Source: Cyanophora paradoxa CCMP329
Lineage: Eukaryota > Plantae > Glaucophyta
DNA: 64,000 bases
Reading direction: 5' to 3'
Assembly (NCBI GenBank): GCA_004431415.1
Contig: QPMI01000102.1
Span: forward strand, 1 to 64,000
In this document: piece by piece, positions 12,823 through 25,811 of the stretch
Position numbering within the stretch: the first letter of the stretch is position 1
Layout of the letters: every line of letters begins with the position of its first letter
Notes under the pieces: generated by a model
Database searches by the model: none
Seen by the model: only the letters and a program-made list of their open reading frames with translations
What the model was told of the DNA's origin: nothing
Translations under genes and position numbers: made by a program

Positions 12823-13497
12823 GCCCCGCCGCCCGCCGGGCCTGGGCCGCCAGCCCGCTGTTCTCCCTCTATCAGTCGCCGATCTCGACTCCTCTTCCGG
12901 CTGATCATGAATATAACTGAGCTCGAGTCATATGCATGGAATATGCATGCGACTCCGATCACGATACAGTAGCAATCATGATCAGCAAGAAAACCGTTAC
13001 TGGTCGCATCATTGCGGAATCAAAGACAGAAGCGCCGCTCAACTCGCGATCGCAACTCAAATTGACGTCGCGACGATCGACGGCGGCAGCTTGCACGCAC
13101 GCGACGCGTCGGAATCCTCTGCAACCGTCACGGACAGCTGCGGCATGTCACCAGTGGCGTGCCCACGCCCCGGGCGTCTGCATTTGATTTTGCTGTAATC
13201 TGGTGTTCAAACGACAATGAAAGCTACAAGAATCTCAGCTTGGATCGACATGCAAAAGGTAAGCAACGCACCGGCATCCACTGAACCTGATTATGCCAAA
13301 AAAGAGCTGCACGACATTGAAAAAAAAGCAAAGCTAAAGACCGCGATGGCCCACGTGCCCAGCTCCAACCGGAGCGACTTATATGGGGGCCCAGTTGACG
13401 TCATAGTCGAACGTCTCGTAAAACGTGACCGTCTTCTGGTTGGTCTGTGCGCGGGAACAATAAGTGGCCGTGTCATATCGGGAAACTCGAATCATAA

Positions 13498-16267
13498 TTA
13501 TTTAAGACGCACCGCCCAGACGGCCGGGGAGTAGCCGACGTACGCGAAGATGAACGCGGCGGACATGCCCGCGCAGGGCAGCGTGAGCATCCACGAGAAG
13601 ACGGCGCGCGCGAAGAGCTTCCAGTTTACTGCCTGGCCGATGGCTGCCTTGTCCTTCGCGCCGACGACGCCGACTGCGGCCGTCGCGCCCTGCAAATTCA
13701 ACTCGAGTCAGAAGGAGTTCTAGAAGGCAACTGGATAAGTTCTGCGAGCGCTCGACAACGAACCGTGATGCACTGGGTGGTGGATACGGGCCAGCCCATG
13801 GCCGACGCGAAGATGACAGCAATGGACGAGCCGAGCTCCATCGCGTAACCGCGGGACGGCGTGACTGTGGTCATGTGGTTGCCGAGCGATTTCATCTGAG
13901 ATCGAGCAGCGAGCGATGAGCAGATGATCATGAAACTGCTGCAAAAAAACCCGAAGTGCTCACGATGTTGTAGCCGTAGGTGAGCAGGCCGATGACAATC
14001 GCGGAACCACCGTACGCGAGAATCCAGGGCTCGATCTCGGTCACGGGCTTGGCCACGGCCCAGCAGCGCCCGTCGCGCGCGCCGTCGCACATGTAGTTGC
14101 TGCCCGCCTGCCAGATCACGAAGATAGTCGAGAACTGCCAGGATCCGGAGGTCAGATGCATAAACAATTAAAGCACTAGCAGAATTAAATATTGATGCCG
14201 CGCTGACCGGCCCCATGGCGTTGGCGACGTCGTTGGCGCCGTGCGCGAACGAGTTGAACGTGCACGTGATGACCTGGCACAGCTTGAACAGGTCCTCAGT
14301 CTTGGGGTCGTACTCGGTCACGGAGCTCTGCAGGTGAGCGAGGTCCTCACCGACGGACACGACGTCGACGTCGACGCCGCGGAGGGCCGCCTTCTTGGCC
14401 TTGGAGAACGAGTTGCGGATGACGTCCTTGAACGTCGAGGTGCCCTTGGCGCGCTGCGCGATCGTGCCCTCCATCGCCTCGCTCTCGCCGTGCTTTAGGA
14501 CGCCGCCGCCGTCGCCAGAATAGAGGTCGGGCGAGACCTTCGCCGACGCCTCCACCTTCGCCGCCGCCTTGGCCTTCATCTCGTCGGCCTTGGCCTGGAT
14601 GGCCGCGACGTAGTCCGGGTTGAGGACGTGGCGGCCGTGCTCGCCCATGACGTACTTCTTGTCCAGGGTCGACTTGCCCCAGTAGATGACGCCGGCGCCG
14701 AAAATGCAGCCCGCACCGATGGCCACGGCCCACGCAATGCCTGAGCCGCAGCATGCTCAGCGCTCGAATCGCCCGGGACTGCGCAAGGCACAGGGCGAGC
14801 ACACCGGCGATCTGTCCCTCCGTGTACATGCCGGAGCCGACGAGGTCCAGCTTGGGCTGAGCGAAGATCAGATGCTTCAGGTTGGAAGAGATGCCCATTG
14901 CAAGCAGGACCTACCATGCCCTTGGTCATGATGAAGTACAGGTTAACGAAGAGCGTCACCGAGACTGCGCGCGCGCGACTGTGAGAACGAGGCCACACGT
15001 GGGGGGGCGGGTTTGCGGGATGACGCATGCGCACTGAAGATGGGGATCTGGATGAGCCCGAAGCGGAAGCTGTTCTTGCGCTCGAGGACGGCGTACTTGG
15101 TTATGATGAAGACGGCCATCGCGATAACGCCGGCGATCGCAGGCGAGATGAACCACGAGGCCACGATCTGGCCGACGCCCTTGTTGTCCCAGCCCCTGTG
15201 CACGCGCCGCGATCAACGCGGCTCGCGCGAGGTCGCTAGCTATAGCGCGGATCATCATCAGCGCACCAGTTGACGGCGTCACCGCCGAAGGCCGCGACAC
15301 CGGTGCCGATGATAGCGCCGACAATGGCGTGCGTCGTGGACACGGGCATGCCGAAGTACGTGGCAATCACTGCGCAGCAATATGAGCTCGAGCTTGAGGT
15401 CTAAAGGAGGCGGGAAGGAGCCGGCTGCAATTGCAAGTGGAGGCGGCGAGGCGTGCGCACTGATGAAGACGGACGAGCCGATCAGGGAGCATTGCATCGC
15501 AAGCATGAGGATCGGCTGGTCGTCGGCGAAGCGGATGGGCTTCACCAGGCCGCCCTTCAAAGTTTCGCCTGTAGCTTTACCCAGCTGCGCGTGCGCGTGC
15601 GCGGGCGCGCGCGTGAGCTTGAACCCCTGTGGCAAATACAGGCCAGAGCGGGCGCAGGGCGCACCAAGAAGGCCCCCAAGAACTCTGCAAAGACGGCAAT
15701 CACACTGGCCGTACGAAGGGAGATGGTCTTGGCAGCGACAGCGTTGGCGAACGAGTTGGCGACGTCGTTGGCGCCCTGCGGAAGGGGAGGACTCGATCGG
15801 TGCGCGCGGAAGAACGCTCGCCACTGGCACGCCCAGCCGGACGCACAATCGCATAGGCGTCGATGAAAGACAATATCACTCCTATAGCCATGATGTATGT
15901 CTGCGCGGCACAAGTCATCGGTCAGCCCGATCGCGACCAGACAAGCTCTGTGGCCCAGCGCTGGGCGCGCGGCGCCCTTGGGCGGAGTTCCACTCACATA
16001 ATCGCCGGGCATCATGTACTGCGAGCACAGAAACGCCACAGTCAGCGCCAAACATCAAACGGCCGCGATGAGCCGATGGAGGGCGGGGAGGAGCGGGTGA
16101 CGCGGTGGGCGCCCGCATTCGGCGGGAGCTCTAAGCTCTAGATCAACATGTCCGTGCGAAACCCCGCATTGCCACGCTCTGATGCCGTGCTTGCTGACGT
16201 ATATTGCGCAATCGCGGCTTGGGCAGCAGCGCTAGCTCAAGGGGAGGGACGGGCGCACGATAGCCAT
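13498..16267 (-). CDS. PiT/PHO4 (SLC20, PHO89/PTB-type) Na+/H+-phosphate symporter, paralogue 1
   Basis: Both PiT signatures are present ([13 protein letters not shown]; [15 protein letters not shown]), plus [65 protein letters not shown]. Confidence 0.93.
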
Positions 16268-17779
16268 CTTGCCGGGCTATACTTGCGCCTGTCTGGGCGC
16301 TCTACCGGCAGAAGTTAGGGCTGCTGGACAGCAGCTGCGCAGCTTCTCGCTGAGAGATCTAGACTCCGCGCCTGACGACACGACGACGGGCCGGCCGGCA
16401 CCCTTTTTTCGCCGGGAATCTTGCTGGTGGTTGGGGTACGAGGAGGAATCTGTGAAGGTGCGACCAGCCGCCTGGGATGTTGCGAATTGGACGACTTGTT
16501 CAACCTCTGTACCCATGGCCAGACCTCGTAAGTTGAGTCGTAACGGTCCTCGTTCGAACTTCGAACACTGAGAGCTCACTGAGTGCCTGTGACTGAGGGA
16601 GTGACCGTCGGACTGAGCTGTGCGCATGCCACCGTTGCCACGGTGAGCTGCTATCAGGGACTGACCAGCGCATTCTACCCCCTTTCAGTAACTGATGGCG
16701 AACTTCGGAGCGACACGGGCCCCGGCGGGGCGCGCGCCACTGACCCAAAATTTGAGACAGTGGCTCTGAAGACCGTGGCAGAAGCCGACGGCGCCTTCGC
16801 AGCGCTCGTCGGCGGTGCCGGCCGCCGCGAGCCGGCCGCGGAGCAACCCGCGGCCGCGAAGCTGGCGCAGGCGCTGCGGTGCAGCGTGCCAGATCCCTCC
16901 GAAGCGGTCGGCCGCGGCGCGAACAGATCCGGTGAGTCCTTGCTCGCGCGGCGTTCCCGCGCTTTTGACGGCTGCGGCGAAAACCGCAGGCGCCGACGTA
17001 CGGCTGCGGTGCACGTGCGCGCGTGCTGCAGCGTTTTCGATCTTGTCTACATCCTTCGAAACAGCCGCTGAGCGCGCCCGCGCGGCCCGCCTGCCGAGCG
17101 GCGTGCTCTGGAAGTTGCGGCAGTCCTAACGTGCTTCGCACAGGAATGTGAGATGCTAGAAGTGTTCAGAGATGGTCGGCCTCGTCGCCTGCGCACGACG
17201 GTGAGCTCCGCCCGCTTCACCCGCCCGCGCGCGGCCGGCGCCCGCTCGCCCGCTGCAATTGTGACCCCCGCTCGTCGCCTGCAGCACACCGCTTGCATCA
17301 GCTACATCTTTAGCTTGGCGGCTCCGCCGCGCGGTGCTGCGCAGGTCCCCGCCGCTCCGCTCCGCATCCCCGCCGGGCGCCCGCCGCACCACCGGCTGCC
17401 TCAGCTTCGTCTGCTCCAGGTTCGCCCCGCCGCTGCTGCTGCGCACCTGACCCGGCCGCCCCCGCTGGGCCCCGCCTGCGCCCCTGCACGGCCGCTGTCC
17501 GGGGCGAGCTGACGCCTCGGCTCTCCGCATGCGCAGGCTATGCAGAGGGCCCGGCGCCACCTTCCTCTCCTCCCGCATCCTCGCCCGCCGCCTCACCGGC
17601 TGCCCGCCAGCCTGGTGCCGCCACCCGCCTCGCCACCCCACCCGTCTGCCTCGCCACCCCGCCCGCCTCGCCCGGCGGCCCGCCTTGTCCCCCCCCCCCC
17701 TCCCCCTCCCCCTCCCCCTCCCCCCTCCCCCCCTCCCTCCCCTCCTCCGGATCCCCCTCCGGGATCCCCCTCCCTGCAA

Positions 17780-19760
17780 TGTGTACAAGTACCCCCCCCC
17801 TTGCCTCTCCGCGCGCGGCCCGCACTTGCCGCACTTGCACAGAGCCGGGCCGGGCGCGGTCTGCTAGTATACTGGAGACGCCGCGGTATACTGCGGCGCT
17901 GCTCGCGGCGGCCCGGCCGCCCGGGCGGGGATCCTGCGCCGCTGCGCGCGGGACGACGCGATCCTTGCCCGTGCCGCCAGGCCACGGGCTACGCAGTACA
18001 CTGGCCGGAAACGGACCTCAGAACTGGCGCAAGCCTGCACCCGCCGGGTATCCTCACGGACTTCTTTGCCCGGCTCCGGGGCCTGCAGGAGATCAACAAG
18101 GCGGAACTCCAGGCGGCGCTTATGGCTGACCTGCTCTCGCCTTTCGGAGCGGTTCTACACGTCGACAACATGAACGCGATCCGCTGGTACTCCGATTTCG
18201 TCCAGCACGCGAGCTGCCGCAGCCCGCGGGAATACATCCGGCACGCCTGCTCCGCGGAACTGTACGCATGGAGCAAGCTCAGGACAATGCTAGAGGAGCG
18301 CGGGCGGCCGCTCAAACTCGTCAAAGTCAAAGCGCACGCAAAGGGCGACGCCCGCGACCCCCACAACGACGTCGCGGACGCCGGAGCGAACGTGGCGGCC
18401 GACCTGGAGCTGGCGGACGAACACCGGCATGAGCCTCTCTTTCTGCCGCCGGCCTTCAGCATGCCTGCGGTGCTCACCATCAGCGACCCCGACGGGCGCA
18501 CACGACGGGTGGAAGGGGACCCCAAGGCACACATGGACGCACTTCACGAACACCAGACGCACTTTGCCTGGACCCAACAACCGCTGGCTGGCGCGCTCCT
18601 GCGCCGAGGCGCCGACGGCGCAGACATAGCAGGGCTATATGCGGAAACGAGCGTAGGTTCCCGATTCCAAGGCGCCAATGGAGCCCGCAACGCGCTATTC
18701 AAGTTTCGGACGCAGCTGCTCTGTAGCTCGCTACCAGCGAACGAAGTCCGGGTACGTGACCAGAAGGAACTCTACGCCGCCTGCAACCCTGGGGACGCTG
18801 TGCGGGCTGCGCCACCAGAACGCCGCTCCCTCGTGCAGAGACTAGCGGCCCGACAGCCTCACAGAACAGCCAGACTGCAACAGAGGCCTCGCATGCTCAA
18901 CCAGCAGCGGGCGCCAGCCGCCCGATCCGGGCACCGACGGCTCTCACCGCAGGCCCGACTGAAACTTTCCCGCACGTCTTCCTGTGCCCGGGTCCGCATG
19001 CGGTCGCGCACCGCGCGGAGACTGCTCGCGAACTGAACCGACTTCTGCTCTGCGCATACAGAGAGGCCCACGGCCTCACAGCGCCGCCAGCAGGAGCCCT
19101 CCTTGCTCCCGACCTGGTCCCAATCTTCCTCCGCGTCGCGGACGACGACACCGAGGCGCGCAGCTACGATGGTAGGCCGTACGCGTATCCGCGCCTCTGG
19201 GTGCTCCAGGGCCTTGCTCCGCAGAGTCTAGAAAGCGCCCTCACACGCTGCCTGAACCTTGCACCCCGGTACGCGGCACGCGCAGCTAAACGCGTTCGGC
19301 AAACGCTTCTGGAACGGGCCCGACGCCTCTGGTCACGTCGCTGCGAAATCAACGCGGAGTGGGAACGCGACTGCCGCGTCTCCCAGGCCTCAAAGAAGCG
19401 ACCGCGCCCGCCCCGCACGGCGCCCGCGCCCGAGAGCGGGCCCGCGGCCCCCGGACCTGTAAGGAAGTCTGCGCCGCCTGCGACGGGCCGATTCGCCTTC
19501 ACAATCTACTCAACGCCGCTCGGAACGCAGACTGCCCACCGGAGTACGCGGGCTGGAAGGCGGCGCTCCGCGCCCAAGAGCTCTACGATTGCGTCAAGGT
19601 ACGCCCTTGGGAGTCACATCCTAGCCCGCTCTAAACGGTACCCCGAGCCGCGCGAAAGGGGGGGGGGGGGGGGGGGCTACGTCGGGAGGAGACTCTCGAC
19701 ACCACCTACCTACTACTTCACCATACCTAGTCCTCGAGAAACTTACCTGATCTACTCTTA
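17780..19760 (+). mobile_element. 5'-truncated non-LTR retrotransposon remnant (RNase H + C-terminal CCHC region), frameshifted
   Basis: Intronless ORF with RNase H motifs GYAVHW, QEINKAELQA, LHVDN, LVKVKAH, HNDVADAGAN. After a frameshift near 18790 comes C-x2-C...ETFPHVFLCP and LWSRRCEINAEWE. No RT domain in the window. Confidence 0.8.
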
Positions 19761-20699
19761 GCCTCGCACACACTAGATATAGCCGCCCCGACCGACTCGC
19801 TGGGCCCCGCCCAAGCGAGCGCCTGCCTTGCCTCCCTCTCCCGCTCTGCCCTCCCGCTCGCTCTCTTGGCCCTGCCTCCCATTCACGACCTCGCCCGCGC
19901 TCCTCGCGCCTCGACAGGGAGGGAACGATGGATCGGAAGGCTTGGCGGAAGGCTTCGGCTGGTCGTTGCACCCACCAGATACCCGGCCATCGTGCCAGGA
20001 CCGTGGGTTGAAGGACCGCCGCGGAGGGGGGCTCGCAATTGCCCGCGGCGGGGTGCGGCGGCTGGTTCGAGGCTGGAAGCCCTGCTGACCGAGAAATCCG
20101 ACCCTCCCCTCCCCGCCACGGCCGGCGCCGACCTTCTCCGTCCCGCCCCACTTCTTCCCCGCAACGTCCCCCCTCGCCTCATTCCCCTCGGCCCCTCTAC
20201 GCCGACGTGCTTCCACCCGCGCTTCGGGCGAGCGGCCCCTCGACGCGGAGCCCGCCGCGCTAGCTGTAGTCGCGGCCGCGTCGAGAGTAGGCAGATTAGA
20301 CCGCGGGTCCGTCCTGGCTTTCCTACCGTACAGTAGAACAGCCCGCGAGCTCCGGACGTCCCGACGGTCCCTAGGCAGGCAGCACTAGCAGTAGTAGTGT
20401 TTTAATTTACCTCCCTCTCGTAGACCCTGGGTAGTCCTCTCGGTAGCCTAGTCCTAAGCTAGGCTAGATGTATAGGTAGTAGCTCTCTGCTCTGGGTTAG
20501 CTTTGCTTTAGTTTACGTCTCCTTGACTAGCTCCACCCTGTCCGATGGCTGATAGGTTCCCTACCCGGCGTAACCAGTAGGCTCATCTTTCGACTTGACA
20601 CTTTACGGACTCCTCAGTTCTATCATTAGCCGTATTGTCTCGGTGTGTGCGAATTCACTAATGATGCGGCGGTTCCGATATGCGCTGCGCGGTACATAT

Positions 20700-20990
20700 T
20701 GGAACCGCCGCGGCGCCTTCATGTAACGCCACGTGAGACGCTTTCATGATCATGTACCGCCGCGGCGCCCACATGTACCGCCGCAGCGCCCTCGTGTACC
20801 GCCACGCGAGGCGCTTTCATGTACCGCCGCGGCGCCCACATGTACCGCCGCGGCGCCTATATGTACCGCCGCGGCGCTTTCATGTACCGCCGCGGCGCCT
20901 ACATGAACCGCCGCGGCGCTTTCATGTACCGCCGCGGCGCTTTCATGTACCGCCGCGGCGCTTTCAAGTTTCATGTACCGCCGCGGCCCT
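20700..20990. repeat. 21-bp minisatellite, about 11-13 units, consensus CATGTACCGCCGCGGCGC(TTT/CCA/CTA)
   Basis: Directly visible; translates as HVPPRRF repeats in the ORF track. Confidence 0.95.
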
Positions 20991-21199
20991 AGCCTAGTAG
21001 GCTTCGGTGCACGTGCCCTCCGGTTATATTATCACGGCGTACCGCCGCGGCGCCGGCGGCGGTCGGGCCGCGGACCTTACGGCACGATTTGCATTAGCAC
21101 ATCCATACGTATACAACAATGAAGTCGTAACGTCGACCATACCCTCACTGAAAACAGTATCCAGGAAGAGAATATGAGGACTCTCGCGTGCTGTGCCTA

Positions 21200-21935
21200 A
21201 TTATATACATATAAACATGTTATTCTAATTACAACTGCATTTCTACTTTTCCTGTGACGTCTACTTTGCTGCATTTCTAAGTCCTACGGAAGCCTAATTA
21301 TATTTCCAAAGATCCTAATCCCTGCTGGCAATGCCCTATAGGTACTCCATCCTCGTAGCATGCCGCAGATAGATAAAGAAGAGGTGTGAAAGAGAAAAGT
21401 TGCGGGCCAGCCCCTGTTTAGTGGTCTACTGGCTCCCGCTCCACTGTTTGCGTCCTCCTCGTGTTGTTGTCCCCGCCGTGCCCCCCAAGCCCCCCCCAGA
21501 AAGCACCCCCTCTCAACGTTTAGCGTGGTCTGGTCCTTGCTGTCCCCACGCCCCATGCATACCTGTTGGTGTGGTCGTACACCTGCATTGCAATTGCCTC
21601 CGCCGCCCGGACCCAGCCGTGATCGTCTGGGGGGCAGCTCAGTGAGGATAGGGCCAGGGCGTCCCCACCCCGGTGCCTGGACATAAGCGCATGGCATTCA
21701 GCGCAGCGCTCGCGCGGCTGTACCGGCTCGTCGATTGCGAGTTTCCTGCGCTTGCGGCGGTGCCCGCCAGGTTTCGCGGCCGTCTCTCGGGGGCGCGGCT
21801 CGGCGCGTGGGGGCTTCGCGCGTCGCTCTTTCATCATCTTCGTGATCCCGCACGCCTTCTCCCAGTCTGCGTACGCTTTGCACCGTGCTGCCCAGGTTTT
21901 GTGCGCCTGTGCGCCCGTGGTCAGGACCAGTGTAT
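21200..21935 (-). mobile_element. Second, diverged non-LTR retrotransposon 3' remnant
   Basis: Minus-strand translation HKTWAARCKAYADWEKACGITKMMKERRAKPPR...CAECHALMSRH...SCPPDDHGWVRAAEAIAMQVYD aligns by eye to the first element's RRLWSRRCEINAEWERDCRVSQASKKRPRPPR...CAACDGPIRLH...DCPPEYAGWKAALRAQELYD. Confidence 0.7.
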
Positions 21936-22633
21936 ATACTACGTACGGGTCCAGTAGTACGGGAGCTTTTCTTTTGCGATCGATTGGAACATACTGTGAT
22001 ATATGTGCAGATATAGCGCTCAGCGGCTAGCTAGCGCTGTATACGTAGTGCTGCCTCGAGCTCTAGATCTAGCTCGGTCTAGATCTCAGCGCCCTTCAAT
22101 TTCGCCCCCGGCCAGCGCGACTCGGCGAGCGTCGCGTTTTATCTTGCCGCAGTACATGCGCAATTAATATTGAACATGCCATTTGACTCGGCGAAATTAA
22201 ATATAAATCATCCCCGGGCCCCAGGGCCAGCTGCAGCCTGGCAGGCGCCGGCCATGCGCATGCACTGCGGCATCCGTTTTCTTCGCCTCTCCGCCAAGTA
22301 GGCCGTGCTTTTGCCCCCCGCATCCAGCGCGCGGGCAAAAGACAGTCATCATTAAAAATAGCAAGCTTACGAATTTAAAATATGGTTCGAATTGAAATTG
22401 GTTTCACGGTTCTGACGCTGGAACAAAACGAAGGGCGGGATTCGAATGCTTGCCTCTATTCACTGCGTTTCAAAGTTTTAAGCTGAAGTATATATTATGA
22501 TGAACTTTAATATTAATGCTCAGCGCGCGGCTGGCATTAATATTGCAGCCGGCCTACACATGCAGTGCCGATTGGCGCTGAAGCTTGATCTTAAGTCGCA
22601 CCCCACTGAGAGGCAATCGCGGTATAATCAATA

Positions 22634-25600
22634 TTACGCCAGCAGACGGATTGCAGGCGGATACGCGGAGGCACTCACGTTCACGTTCGTGTTGGGGAAG
22701 AAGACGACAGACTGCTGCTCGGTCGCCCACGCGGCCGGAGTGTACGAAACGTACGCAAAGCTGCGGTGTACAAATCAGATCAGCCTATTGGCAGGTTCGA
22801 ATGTGGTGATCATGATTATTGCGAGGGCGCACATGAGGGCGGCGGTGAGGCCGGCGCATGGGAGGGTGACGACCCAGCCGAGGAAGGTCTTGGCGAAGAG
22901 GCGCCAGTTGACGGTCTTGCCCGCGCCCTTGAACGAGCGCGCGGCAACAGCGCCAACGCCGGTCGTGGCGCCGACGGCGCAGTGGGTCGTGGAGACGGGC
23001 CAGCCCTGCGAGGAGGCGAAGACGACTGTGGTGGCGGCGCCGAGCTCGATGCAGAATCCGCGGGCCGGCGACAGCTTCGTCAGGTGGTTGCCGAGCGTGC
23101 GCATGATGTTGTATCCGTAGGTGGAGAGGCCGATGACGATGCCAGCGCCTCCGAACGCGAGGATCCAGATGTCTGCGCCGCGCAACCATGCATATGTGAG
23201 TGCTAGTGGCATGGCCTGCCACGAATCTCTGCTCACGAAACAGCTTCGATTAAACGCACCGATCTCCGAGACCGGCTTGGCAATTGCCCAGCAGCGGCCA
23301 TCACGGGATCCATCGCACATGTAGTTCGAGCCAGACTGCCAGACGGCGTAGACTGTGGCAAGCGGACCGACGGCGTTGGCGACGTCGTTGGAGCCGTGGG
23401 CGAAGCTGTTCATCGTGCTGGAGACGATCTGGAGGAACTTGAAGAGGTCCTCGGTCTTGGGATCGAAGTCCTCGCCGGCCTCGTGCATCTCTTCCAGCTT
23501 CGCGTCGCCCGCAACCGACACCACGTCCACGTTGACGCCGTGGAGAGCCGCCTGCGCCCGAGCTCGCGTGAGCCTACGCACGAGCTTGCAGCGCACGATG
23601 TACGCGCATGCGCATGCGCACCTTCTTTGCCTTCATGAACGAGCGGGACTGGAGGCGAAAGGCGTGCACGCGGTCACGGTCACGGACAAACTGTGTACCG
23701 ATATCGATTGCGCCGGCGGCGCACCAGGTAGTCCTTGAAGGTGGACTGCTTGCCGGCACGGCCCGCCACCTTCTCGTCACCGTCGACGTCCAGGTCGCGA
23801 TCGTCGGTTCCCGTTGCAGGAGAGACCTTGCCCTCCTTGGAAGCCATCTTGGCGCTTGCCGCCTCGACGGAGGCGACGTACTCGGGGGAAAGGACGTTCC
23901 GTCCGTCCGGGCCCAGCACGTACTTCTTGTCCAGGACGCGCTTGGCCCAGAAGATGACGATGGTGCTGAGGATGGCGGAGGCGCCGATGGCGACGGCCCA
24001 CGAGACGCCGACGAGCTGGACTTCGGTGAACTGGCCGCTGCCGACCAGGTCCATCTTCGGCATGCCCTTGGTCGTCACCAGGAACGTGTCTGTGCATTGA
24101 AGTGAAAATTATAATTAGTATTCCGGGTTAATCACAGTACACGTTAAATTCTCAAAGCGCACTGATGAAGAGGGCGAAGGCGAAGAAGACGGGGACCTCG
24201 ACGAGGCCCCAGAAGAACGAGTTCTTGCGGCGCAGGACGAGGAACTTGGTGAGGAGGAACATGATGGCGCCCAGCGAGAACTGCCGAGCAACTCAAACAT
24301 TAATCACCGAGCCATACACGTACAGCTTTCGGACTAAAGCTAGGAATGGGTAGAGCAAACCGCGAGAGCCGGCGAGATGAACCACGAGGCAATCTGCATA
24401 CAATGTATATATTAGAATTGATACTCAGTGCTAGCTATATATAGCGCTCCGGACAGTCACGATTAGGAACGGACGCACAATCTGAGCGACGCCCTTGCCC
24501 TCCCAGTTCCAGTTGACGGCCTCGCCGCCAAACGCAGCAACCGACGTGCCGATGACAGCGCCGACGATGGCGTGCGTGGTGGAGACTGCGGAAGGGACAT
24601 CAACTGAAGCCACGTTCGCCGAGTTCAAAACTCGACCAGCAACCGCACCAGCCATGCCGAATCTGGTGGCGATAAGAATGAAGCTCGAGGAGCCGATGAG
24701 GGCGCATTGCATCGCAAGCATGAGCAACGTGGGGTGGTCCGCGTAGCGAGAAACCTTACTGCGCGTGGGGGTCGTAAGTAGTAATAGCGATATAGCTATA
24801 GCTTTATATTATTAGTTTCGGACTAGCTTTCGAACACTTACATCAGCCCCCCTCGAATAGTTTCTCCGGTCGTCTTTCCGAGCAAGAGCGCTCCGAGAAA
24901 TTCGGCGAAGGAAGCTGTTATGATGAAGCTCAAGTTAGAATCTTGAAGTTGCATGCACGCTAATGCCACGAGGCCAAAGAAATACGAACCGAGGATGCAG
25001 GCATTGCGAAGAGAGATCGTTTTCTGCATGCGCAGGCAGGACGGCAGAATCTACAGGTCAGCGGACACGTGGCCGGCACTGGACCATAATCGACGGAAAA
25101 AGGGCACCGCGCCGACAGCATTAGCTTCGTAGATGGAGGGCGCATGCGCATCATTTCATCAGAAAGGGCAGAGCGCGGCGCTGCGAGAGCGCGTGGGCAC
25201 CGAAGTTGTTAGCTGCGAACGCGGAAGCGGAAGCACGTGCACGTCAGCAATGAGTACGCGGCAGATAAGCGTATGCAGTGATCATGACTAACCGACATCA
25301 TTCGCGCCCTGTCAATAGTCCATGGCCAGATGCAATCGGCGAGGCAGCAGGTCAGCGCATGTGCAGCAGCAGATCCACGTGCACTAGATCTAGACTTGGC
25401 CGCTTGGCCGCTCGAAGTAGCCATGGCGAGGAACGCACGATTCCGTATGCCTGCAAAGGTGCGCTTGCGCAGGTGAGATGGGCATGAAATGATTGATATC
25501 GATTCTAGCCGATCTCGAAGGAGTGAGGGGCGCACGTCGAGGAAGGCGAGGATCACTGCAAAGGCTAGGACGACTGTGTAGTCGCCGGGCATCTGCGCGC

Positions 25601-25811
25601 GCATCCACGATCGTCGGATGACAAACTGGTACTCAAGCGCGGCGCCAGCTGCGCATGCAGCCGTTCAGGCTCACGCACCGCGTACTACAAGGAAGAAGGC
25701 ATCGCCGCACGGCAGCAATCGCGAGTCAGCGACACTAAGAGCGGCGGCCGCGAGCGGCGCGCCGGCCGCGGCCGGGCGCGGGCGGCCGCGGGGACGACGC
25801 ACGACGGCCAT
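22634..25811 (-). CDS. PiT/PHO4 (SLC20) phosphate symporter, paralogue 2; last exon uncertain
   Basis: GANDV-ANNF-ANAVGA rebuilt from micro-exons; [76 protein letters not shown]. Confidence 0.92.

Noticed and set aside
12900-13480. ORF 13217-13534 as a gene
   Set aside because: No motifs; it overlaps the 3' end of the PiT gene on the opposite strand.
16300-17770. Possible gene or 5' part of the retroelement
   Set aside because: No RT or endonuclease motifs and no convincing exon chain; ends in low-complexity poly-C.
19780-20640. Self-cleaving ribozyme or structured RNA downstream of the LINE remnant
   Set aside because: CTGATAG near 20549 lacks a complete hammerhead core; no supportable fold by eye.
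20700-20990. CRISPR-like array
   Set aside because: Units are contiguous with only ~3 variable nt, there are no unique spacers and no cas genes, and the context is eukaryotic; it is a minisatellite.
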